Assembly (NCBI GenBank): GCA_949299585.1
Contig: CASGCC010000001.1
Coordinates: 1 to 24,000 of the forward strand
DNA: 24,000 nt
From: an uncultured Bacillota bacterium
Lineage (GTDB): Bacteria; Bacillota_I; Bacilli_A; Erysipelotrichales; Erysipelotrichaceae
Reading direction: 5' to 3'
Positions 8,650 through 15,379 of the stretch are shown here, piece by piece. Position 1 is the stretch's first letter. Every line of letters begins with the position of its first letter. Under the pieces are notes generated by a model. The model was not told the origin of the DNA and made no database searches. It worked only from the letters and a program-made list of their open reading frames with translations. The translations under genes were made by a program, and so were the position numbers.

Positions 8650-9180
8650 TTAATAACAAACTTCAGCTTTAACCTTTTCTAAATCTGCAGTGTTATTTAC
8701 GGTATTATAGATCAATCTGCATAATGCAGCATAACTATCATTCAATCCTGTTCCACCTTTTTTAGGCATGATAACAATTGGTGTCTTATCTTTATATTCT
8801 TCGATAACCCCTGCATTTTCTTTAGACATCATTGCACAAGATTTTACAGTAGTTTTTGATAATATGTTAGCCGAAATCATTGCAGCCATCTTGGCATAAT
8901 CAGGGAAATTGAAGCAAGGGCCACATACCACGAAGTCAGGATTCAATTTTTTGCACATTGCCGTCATCTTGGTAATTACTTCATCTTGATTATTTAAGAA
9001 ATATTCATTTCCACAATATAAGGTTGCAACTACTTCAGCTCCGATTTCTTTAAAATGAGATTCGATCATCAAAGCTGAACCGATTCCGCCTTTAGCAGCA
9101 TTTAATCCCACATTAGGATTTGATTTCCCACCAGCGCCTGCTAAACCCTGGTCAAACACTAACACAATTTTCATAATCAT
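8650..9180 (-). CDS. Small protein resembling the N-terminal domain of the glycine/sarcosine/betaine reductase component B (GrdB) family; function unknown
   Basis: 176 aa. KIVLVFDQGLAGAGG, ATLYCGNEYF and PDFVVCGPCFNFPDYAKMAA resemble remembered GrdB N-terminal motifs (FAGIGGEE, CGD.YF, PD..IAGPAFNAGRYG). The ORF ends at TAA, and the Sec-containing C-terminal part is absent. Its ATG shares a base with the EIIC stop (TAATG). Confidence 0.5.
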   Translation of the reverse strand: MIMKIVLVFDQGLAGAGGKSNPNVGLNAAKGGIGSALMIESHFKEIGAEVVATLYCGNEYFLNNQDEVITKMTAMCKKLNPDFVVCGPCFNFPDYAKMAAMISANILSKTTVKSCAMMSKENAGVIEEYKDKTPIVIMPKKGGTGLNDSYAALCRLIYNTVNNTADLEKVKAEVCY

Positions 9181-10532
9181 TAATCCAAACTTAGATCGTC
9201 AAATGACAAATCATCTAATTCATCCACAGTGTCACTTTGTTTGCTTTCATCTTCTAGATAACGTTTATCTAATAATTTGAAGAATGGATAGTAAATAGCG
9301 ATATCAACAATTAGCATTACGATTTGTACGATAGATCCCATTACAGAACCAGTAACTAAGTATCCAGAGAATACGATTGGAGTGGTCCATGGTAATTGAA
9401 CACCTGATGTAATAGGCATGATACCAGTAATTGTTGCAACATAACCAATAATTGTATTAATACATGGTGTTAAGATAAATGGAATTGCCATCAATGGGTT
9501 TAATACGATTGGTAAACCGAAGATGATTGGTTCGTTGATACCAAAGATAGCAGCTGGTAATGATAATCTTCCTAAGTTCTTCAAACGGTTTGATTTACCT
9601 AAGAATGCCATCATGATAACTAGACCTAATGTAGATCCTCCACCACCGAAGTTACAGAAGAAATCAGAGAAACCAGCTGTGAAGATGTTAGTCATTTCTA
9701 AACCAGCAGCTGCAGCTTCGTAGTTTTCTAATGTCAATGCTTTATGGATAGGACCAAAGATCGTATTTGTAACAGCTGGTCCATTGATACCGAAGAACCA
9801 GAATAATGTTGACAAGAATTGATAGATAACTTCAAATCCAGACAATCTTCCTAAACCAACAAGTGGAGCTTGTAAGATTTCATAAATGAAATAATGAGCA
9901 TACTTATATGGAGTCATTGCAAAAATAATGCCAACAACAAAGAAGAATGTCATTGAAATAGCAGCAGGGATCAAAGATGCAAATGAATCCATAACTGCAG
10001 GCGGAACTCCATCAGGAAGCTTGATAACTAAGTTTTTCTTAGTTGCCCAGCAGAACAATTTTACAGAAATAATTGCAACGATCATTGCAAGGAACATACC
10101 AGCTGTTCCTAAGAATGTGAAACCTAAACCACTGAATTTTGCAGCTTCAGCAGCACCTTCAACCACAACTTCCATTCTTTGAGGAGTAATGATCAAGAAA
10201 GATACTAATGCAACAACTCCACCAGCGATCTTATTTTCAACACCTTGTTCACGAGTATAGCAGTAACCAATACCTAAGCAGCTTAATAATGCAGTACAGT
10301 CAAATGCAATTGCACTAACTCGGCCTAAATATGCATCCCAACCTGCACCAAAGATAGATGTCATTAGATCCAAGAAACCTTGAACTGGGAAGTTAGAAAT
10401 CAATAAGAAGATTGAACCAACGATAGTAATAGGAACTGTAACCAAGAAACCATCACGGATCGCTGATAAGATTTTGTTTTTTGATAGCGCGTTAGCAACC
10501 GGCATCAAAAACTTTTCAAGTTTTGCCATCAT
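9180..10532 (-). CDS. PTS EIIC, lactose/cellobiose/chitobiose family, with an acidic C-terminal tail
   Basis: 450 aa. The N-terminus (LEKFLMPVANALSKNKILSAIRDGFLVTVPITIVGSIFLLI) is typical of CelB/ChbC-type EIIC. About 10 TM segments. The C-terminus is EDESKQSDTVDELDDLSFDDLSLD. Confidence 0.9.
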   Translation of the reverse strand: MMAKLEKFLMPVANALSKNKILSAIRDGFLVTVPITIVGSIFLLISNFPVQGFLDLMTSIFGAGWDAYLGRVSAIAFDCTALLSCLGIGYCYTREQGVENKIAGGVVALVSFLIITPQRMEVVVEGAAEAAKFSGLGFTFLGTAGMFLAMIVAIISVKLFCWATKKNLVIKLPDGVPPAVMDSFASLIPAAISMTFFFVVGIIFAMTPYKYAHYFIYEILQAPLVGLGRLSGFEVIYQFLSTLFWFFGINGPAVTNTIFGPIHKALTLENYEAAAAGLEMTNIFTAGFSDFFCNFGGGGSTLGLVIMMAFLGKSNRLKNLGRLSLPAAIFGINEPIIFGLPIVLNPLMAIPFILTPCINTIIGYVATITGIMPITSGVQLPWTTPIVFSGYLVTGSVMGSIVQIVMLIVDIAIYYPFFKLLDKRYLEDESKQSDTVDELDDLSFDDLSLD

Positions 10533-10537
10533 AAGCG

Positions 10538-10858
10538 TTAATTATTCCTTTCCTTATAAAGTTTTAATGCTTTTTTCAACACACGTTCACCATCAACATT
10601 ACCATAGTCAACGCTGTCAATAACTGATACGACATGTTCTTTGCCATATCTTTCATTTACTTTATCGTATAAGTGTTTAACCTGTGGGCCCAGCAAGATT
10701 ACTTCAGGATTAAACTCATTTACGATATCAGCCATCTGAGAATCTGGATAAGCCTTGATCTCAACTGGCAGTTTGTTTGCGTCTGCAACCTTTTGCATCC
10801 GGCTTGCCAATAAGCTGGTAGACATTCCGGCGTTGCAGAATAGATAAAATCGTTTCAT
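10538..10858 (-). CDS. PTS EIIB, lactose/cellobiose family
   Basis: 106 aa. The active-site Cys sits in the context YLFCNAGMSTSLLASRM. A strong RBS (AAAGGAGGG) lies upstream. Confidence 0.9.
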   Translation of the reverse strand: MKRFYLFCNAGMSTSLLASRMQKVADANKLPVEIKAYPDSQMADIVNEFNPEVILLGPQVKHLYDKVNERYGKEHVVSVIDSVDYGNVDGERVLKKALKLYKERNN

Positions 10859-10891
10859 CTATATCCCTCCTTTTGTACTTAAATGATAGCG

Positions 10892-10897
10892 ATTTTA
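10892..10897 (-). promoter_or_regulatory. Candidate -10 box (TAAAAT) of an internal, probably activator-dependent promoter for EIIB-EIIC
   Basis: TAAAAT on the minus strand lies about 30 nt upstream of the EIIB RBS. The corresponding -35 position reads AAAAGT (poor). A palindromic motif is centred about 44 nt upstream of the predicted start. Confidence 0.35.
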
Positions 10898-10913
10898 AAC
10901 TTGTTAAAGAAAT

Positions 10914-10939
10914 CACTTTTTTCCTATTTGTTAGGAAAT
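10914..10939. promoter_or_regulatory. Palindromic motif copy 2: TTTCCTA-N5-TAGGAAA followed by AAAGTG (candidate operator/activator site)
   Basis: Minus strand ATTTCCTAACAAATAGGAAAAAAGTG. It overlaps the stop codon of the RDD gene and shares TTTCCTAA....TAGGAAAAA(A)GTG with the site at 14279-14306. Confidence 0.5.
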
Positions 10940-11458
10940 CTTTGCATGATCGATTACTTTAGTATGCACAATACGATCGTGGATCATCCTAAATCCATGT
11001 CGATGATCAACAAATAACATGATCAAGCTTGCACAGCTCAAAATGATCATTGCATAATTTAGCAACAGCAAACATATCTTAAAATCCGGAATTAACAACA
11101 ATAAAGAACTACGGATATTACTTGAAGGAATAAACAGCATGCCTTCCATGATCAAGCATCCCAAAAAATAGCGAATCATTAAAATTTTAAAGTTGATATC
11201 TTTATCATTATCCCTAACGATTCTTAGATACATTGCCCTTTTCATCAAGGTTTGACCTTTCCAGATCTTGTCAGGAACCAAGACATAATAAAGATAAGCA
11301 ACGACCAATGATGATATGATGATAGCGATATAAATGCCATTCGCAAATCCCATGAACTTACTAATCCCATTAGCCAACAGATTGATCAAAATGGCAGAAA
11401 TATACCAATCTGCGCCAAAAGCAAAGAATCTTCTAACTAAATAAGCAAAAATTTTCAT
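10931..11458 (-). CDS. RDD family membrane protein (copy 2, more divergent)
   Basis: 175 aa. RRFFAFGADWYISAILINLL at the N-terminus, G.TL.KR...LRIV in the middle and 3-4 TM segments give an RDD-domain-like layout. Confidence 0.6.
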   Translation of the reverse strand: MKIFAYLVRRFFAFGADWYISAILINLLANGISKFMGFANGIYIAIIISSLVVAYLYYVLVPDKIWKGQTLMKRAMYLRIVRDNDKDINFKILMIRYFLGCLIMEGMLFIPSSNIRSSLLLLIPDFKICLLLLNYAMIILSCASLIMLFVDHRHGFRMIHDRIVHTKVIDHAKIS

Positions 11459-11464
11459 GATTTA

Positions 11465-11770
11465 TTATTTATTTTTATAAAGGTCGATGATTTCATTAGC
11501 TAAGATCTTGATCGTTTCAGCAGCCATCAACTGATCTTCAGCATGCATCAACAACAAACATACTTCGGTCTTTTCCCCTGCTGCTTCTTTTTGGATCAAA
11601 CCTGCATGAGCATGATGACCATTGATAAACACGCTTTCTCCATGTTTTATCAATTCCTCAGCTTTAGCAAATTCCCCTTTTTTTGCTGCCTCGATTGCGG
11701 CGATATAATCACTTTTTGCTTCGCCAACAGCTGAAATAATTTTAAAACACAATAATTCCATATCTTCCAT
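11465..11770 (-). CDS. PTS EIIA, lactose/cellobiose family
   Basis: 101 aa all-helical protein. Motifs are LLCFKIISAVGEAKS, GHHAHAGLIQKEA (phospho-His region) and LLLMHAEDQLMAAE. Confidence 0.9.
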   Translation of the reverse strand: MEDMELLCFKIISAVGEAKSDYIAAIEAAKKGEFAKAEELIKHGESVFINGHHAHAGLIQKEAAGEKTEVCLLLMHAEDQLMAAETIKILANEIIDLYKNK

Positions 11771-11782
11771 ATCATTTACCTC

Positions 11783-12349
11783 CTATTCCGTGGTTTTTTC
11801 TACCACAATGCTATGGGCTAAAATATCATGAATAGCTTTTTGTTTTCTGATTACCAACAAACAAGAAATCACAAAAACTGCCAACATCATGTAAGTAATG
11901 ATTGTTCCTGCCTCTTTGATCGTAATCATTCCCACCATTTGCGCAATATAATTCCCTGCCAAGATAAACGAGCTCTCAGCTATCATTACTCCTAAAATTT
12001 GCCGAATTGCCAATGCTCGAGCATTTAACTTGCCGCCATTTTCATCAACGATCCGAATGCCTAAGAATTTTTTACCTAATGTTTGACCATCTTTAATCAA
12101 CGGGAAAACATAATAATACAATATTCCAAATAAGACCCCTAACATCCCAGCAATAAATCCATACGGATGTTCAAATAGCGTAATATCTGTATTAATTTCC
12201 ATCTTTTGCGTTATTAGGGTCCACATATATGCAACAGGTATAGCTGTAAATACCCATCCCAGATACCAATCGATCAAATATGCAAATATGCGCTTATTTA
12301 ATGGAGCATTTTTCAAAAGTTGTCTTTTTTCCTTTTTCATTTTAAGCAT
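11783..12349 (-). CDS. RDD family membrane protein (copy 1)
   Basis: 188 aa. NKRIFAYLIDWYLGWVF and DGQTLGKKFLGIRIVDENGGKL are RDD-domain hallmarks. The start region overlaps the regulator stop by 8 nt; an alternative ATG lies at 12340. Confidence 0.7.
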   Translation of the reverse strand: MLKMKKEKRQLLKNAPLNKRIFAYLIDWYLGWVFTAIPVAYMWTLITQKMEINTDITLFEHPYGFIAGMLGVLFGILYYYVFPLIKDGQTLGKKFLGIRIVDENGGKLNARALAIRQILGVMIAESSFILAGNYIAQMVGMITIKEAGTIITYMMLAVFVISCLLVIRKQKAIHDILAHSIVVEKTTE

Positions 12350-14240
12350 CCTTACCTTTTATCAATTGAATGAATTGCTTGGCTGATTTTGCTTCAGTAA
12401 TATTAGCCATGAGCATGGCATTATCACTAATATCGCCAAACCAATCAAAAAATACTTTTAGCAAATTTTTTTCATCATCTTTTATGGCTAACAATAGAAC
12501 AAATTTAACCATATAATCTCCCCATTTGATTGGTTTTTTTAAGATGGCAATCCCTATGGTTGACTTTAATGTCGCATAATCCAGCGGATGCGGGATAGCA
12601 AATCCATAATTAAATGATGTGTGTGCTATTTTTTCTCGTTCAAATGTCGATTGTTTAAAATTGCTCTTGACTCTTTTATTGGCATAAAGCTTATCGCACA
12701 TGATATTAATTACTTCCTGATAGTCTTCACATTCCAAGTTATAGAAATAGCATTCATCGCTTACAAGCTCTTTGACACAAGAATAGAAAAGATCACGGCT
12801 CCGTCGGCTATCTAATTCGTTTATCGCTTTTGAAATCTTATATTCATCATTAGAATTTACAAACATGCTGATATTAACGACCGGAATGGTTAAATTTGAA
12901 GTAAGATGCACGGTAGTTAAGATCAAATCAAGATTCATCCGTTCAAGCATATTATCTTCATAATAATCGGTTACTTCATCAATGACCAAGCGATCGCCAA
13001 ACTTATCACTGATTTTCTTATAACAAATACTAGAAAGCATGCGCCCATTAGGCTGAATCAAGATAGCATGATAGTATCGTTTGGTATTTAAACGGTCATA
13101 TGCAGCTCCGATATGAATCGCAAGATATCCTAGCTCATCTTCTTGAATCTTGATATCTACCATATCTTCAATTATTCTGCCGATAAATATGCTCATTTCA
13201 AATACCAAAGGATAATTCTTTTTTATTTCATTAAGATATACATTAGAAACAGCAATACCATTAGCAAGGCGTTCTAATAAATTTTGAATATGAATATTTA
13301 AACCATTTTGAAAAAAAGAATCATTTGAAAAATCAATGTCATATTGTTTCTTGATGCCTTCAATGATCATTGCCGTAATTTCTTCGGCAAGCTTGCTATA
13401 TACCTCGCTAGAAATAAACTCTTTAGCTCTTCTTCCTAACAACAAACTAGCAAACAGCTCTACTTCATTATCATTGATTTCGATTCGTAAGAAACTAGAT
13501 ATTTTTTTAAAAAAATCAGCTGCTATGAGATATTCGATCGTTTCTTTGATTTCATGCTTTCTTTTGATATCAATATAATTTGCATTGATCATTCTTTCGA
13601 TAGCTACTCCTACATGAATGATCAGCATTGGATAAGATTCTTTACGAATGCTGTAATCATATTCCTGCATGATATTTTCCAATTCATCTTTGACCCTTAT
13701 CAAATTAAGATTTGGAAACAATTCTGCAATTTTATTAATATTTACAAAATCTCCTTGCGTTTCACTAGCAAGCATTTGTCGATACAATGAACGTTTGCTT
13801 ACTTCAGTTCCCACCAATGAAATATAATTCCCATCTTTTATTAGCTCTAGATCTTTATAATTATCTAAAGTTTTAACAATTGTTTTCAGATCGTGCTTAA
13901 GGGTAAATTCACTGACAAATATTTCATCTTGTAGATCAATCAAGTTCAGACGATTTTTCTTGAACAATAGCTCTACGATAATATATTTACAGCGTTCTTG
14001 TGCGGTTTGCGGAATATCATTTTTGGCAATAAGATTGCTTTTTATCAGTAGATCCTTTTTTACACAATAACCATTACGCACATTCGACAAGATCAAACCT
14101 GGATATTCATTATTTATCGCTTCAATGTCATTACGAATCGTCCTGTCAGATACGTTAAGCATTAAGGCTAATTCCTTTCCTGTTATCCATTGACCTTTTT
14201 CATTTAATTTCTCGATGATTTTGTATTGTCTCTTATTCAT
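12342..14240 (-). CDS. PRD-containing transcriptional regulator of the LicR/MtlR/ManR type (HTH, PRD1, PRD2, EIIB-like domain, EIIA(Mtl/Fru)-like domain)
   Basis: 632 aa. The N-terminal HTH is ITGKELALMLNVSDRTIRNDIEAIN. PRD His contexts are LIIHVGVAIERM, LNIHIQNLLERL and YLAIHIGAAYDRL. The C-terminal EIIA-2 motif is GFAIPHP. Confidence 0.85.
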   Translation of the reverse strand: MNKRQYKIIEKLNEKGQWITGKELALMLNVSDRTIRNDIEAINNEYPGLILSNVRNGYCVKKDLLIKSNLIAKNDIPQTAQERCKYIIVELLFKKNRLNLIDLQDEIFVSEFTLKHDLKTIVKTLDNYKDLELIKDGNYISLVGTEVSKRSLYRQMLASETQGDFVNINKIAELFPNLNLIRVKDELENIMQEYDYSIRKESYPMLIIHVGVAIERMINANYIDIKRKHEIKETIEYLIAADFFKKISSFLRIEINDNEVELFASLLLGRRAKEFISSEVYSKLAEEITAMIIEGIKKQYDIDFSNDSFFQNGLNIHIQNLLERLANGIAVSNVYLNEIKKNYPLVFEMSIFIGRIIEDMVDIKIQEDELGYLAIHIGAAYDRLNTKRYYHAILIQPNGRMLSSICYKKISDKFGDRLVIDEVTDYYEDNMLERMNLDLILTTVHLTSNLTIPVVNISMFVNSNDEYKISKAINELDSRRSRDLFYSCVKELVSDECYFYNLECEDYQEVINIMCDKLYANKRVKSNFKQSTFEREKIAHTSFNYGFAIPHPLDYATLKSTIGIAILKKPIKWGDYMVKFVLLLAIKDDEKNLLKVFFDWFGDISDNAMLMANITEAKSAKQFIQLIKGKDA

Positions 14241-14278
14241 ACTTCTATCTTACTTTCTTTAGCTTGTATATAGCTTCA

Positions 14279-14306
14279 CACTTTTTCCTAGCTATTAGGA
14301 AAAAAA
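14279..14306. promoter_or_regulatory. Palindromic motif copy 1: TTTTTCCTA-N5-TAGGAAAAA followed by GTG, in the leader of the regulator gene
   Basis: 9-bp perfect arms (14282-14290/14296-14304). It lies between the predicted promoter (14325-14352) and the regulator ATG (14240). Confidence 0.5.
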
Positions 14307-14324
14307 CTGCAATTTAGCAAAAGC

Positions 14325-14352
14325 ATTATACCAAAGAGTTTTTTACGTTCAA
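14325..14352 (-). promoter_or_regulatory. Sigma-A-type promoter of the regulator/PTS operon
   Basis: Minus strand: TTGAAC (14352-14347), 16-nt spacer, TGgTATAAT (extended -10; TATAAT at 14330-14325). It sits directly downstream of the yitT-2 terminator. Confidence 0.65.
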
Positions 14353-14370
14353 ATACCACAAAATATTCTC

Positions 14371-14392
14371 AAAAAAAAAGCCCGTAGGCTTT
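14371..14392 (-). terminator. Intrinsic terminator of YitT paralogue 2
   Basis: Minus strand: AAAGCC-TACG-GGCTTT followed by T6. The stem overlaps the stop codon. Confidence 0.65.
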
Positions 14393-15266
14393 AATCAATA
14401 GGTTTCAGATAGAAATGACCATAGAAATTTTCCGTTTTAAAAGTATTGATGATCGCATGAGGATCAACTTCCAAGATAAGCTGAGCAACATCTGCGACTT
14501 CATAGCTAGAAACTACGGTATGCAGCAAGCTCATCGGAGCCTTGCTATAACCGCCAGTTCCATCTAAACGCGATAATCCATGGTGATAATGCGTAATATA
14601 TGCTTCGATGACTTCATCAGCTCTTGCTGTGGTAATCTGCATCGTCATCCGTTCATAGCGATGATAAAAGGAATCGATCGTCTTGGTTGAGATCAACTGA
14701 AATAAGATCGAATAACCTGCGTATTCCCAGCCAAACATTGCACCAAAGATGATGATCAAGATCGTATTAAATACGAAAACTTGTCCCCATATCGACTTTC
14801 CCTTTTTATTTGAGATATATAAAGCGATAAAATCTGTACCACCTGTCGAGGCATTGCCTTTTAAGGCCAAAACGATCATCAAACCATAAGCAAACCCGCC
14901 AAAGATGATATTTAAAAATTCCCCATCAAATAACGGCCCTAGATCTAATACCCGCAAAAATAAGCTAGCACAAAATACCTGCAACAAGGAAAAAGCTGTA
15001 AAACGCTTGCTGATGGTCTTGCTGCAAAACCAAGCTACTGGGATATTCAACGCTAACATCCCCAAAGATGTAGAAAAAGAAAAGCCAAAAAAGGTGCTGG
15101 TAATCTTCGATATCAAGATCGCTACTCCAGTAAACCCACTAGATAACAAATTGATCGGATCCATAAAGATCTGGATTATGGCAGCTTGTAAAAAGCCAGA
15201 CAAAACCACACAACAAAAAGTAAATAACCAGCGAGCTCTTTTATCATTACGTAATTTTTGGATCAT
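14391..15266 (-). CDS. YitT family membrane protein with DUF2179-type C-terminal domain (paralogue 2, monocistronic)
   Basis: Collinear, without gaps, with the ORF at 778-1653. The ORF track begins at 15296, but the ATG at 15266 (MIQKLRNDK...) is preceded by GGAGGG at 6-nt spacing and gives the same 291-aa length as the paralogue. Confidence 0.8.
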   Translation of the reverse strand: MIQKLRNDKRARWLFTFCCVVLSGFLQAAIIQIFMDPINLLSSGFTGVAILISKITSTFFGFSFSTSLGMLALNIPVAWFCSKTISKRFTAFSLLQVFCASLFLRVLDLGPLFDGEFLNIIFGGFAYGLMIVLALKGNASTGGTDFIALYISNKKGKSIWGQVFVFNTILIIIFGAMFGWEYAGYSILFQLISTKTIDSFYHRYERMTMQITTARADEVIEAYITHYHHGLSRLDGTGGYSKAPMSLLHTVVSSYEVADVAQLILEVDPHAIINTFKTENFYGHFYLKPID

Positions 15267-15351
15267 CGATAGCCCTCCATAAATATCACTCAACAATTAT
15301 AGTATCCTAGCTTTGAAAATATCTTCCCTTTTAGCAGATGAATGACCACTT

Positions 15352-15379
15352 CAAAAGAAAAAGTGCACCAAGTGCACTT
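15352..15379 (-). terminator. Intrinsic terminator of dps
   Basis: Minus strand: AAGTGCAC-TTG-GTGCACTT followed by TTTCTTTT. It overlaps the stop codon. Confidence 0.7.

Noticed and set aside
8650-9180. Possible selenoprotein (in-frame UGA read-through) because of the GrdB resemblance
   Set aside because: The ORF ends with TAA, not TGA. A terminator follows immediately, and no SECIS-like context or downstream in-frame continuation is visible.
14905-15282. 125-aa plus-strand ORF whose sequence is conserved with the 89-aa ORF at 1292-1561
   Set aside because: The conservation is explained by both being antisense shadows of the two YitT paralogues. They have no RBS and a Lys/Asn-rich low-complexity composition.
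15267-15296. N-terminal extensions proposed by the ORF track for yitT-2, and likewise for brnQ (to 20273), deoC (to 17781), nhaP2 (GTG at 20415) and M42 (to 6689)
   Set aside because: In each case an internal ATG is preceded by a well-spaced GGAGG-type RBS. That ATG also restores the length or N-terminus expected from paralogues or the family.
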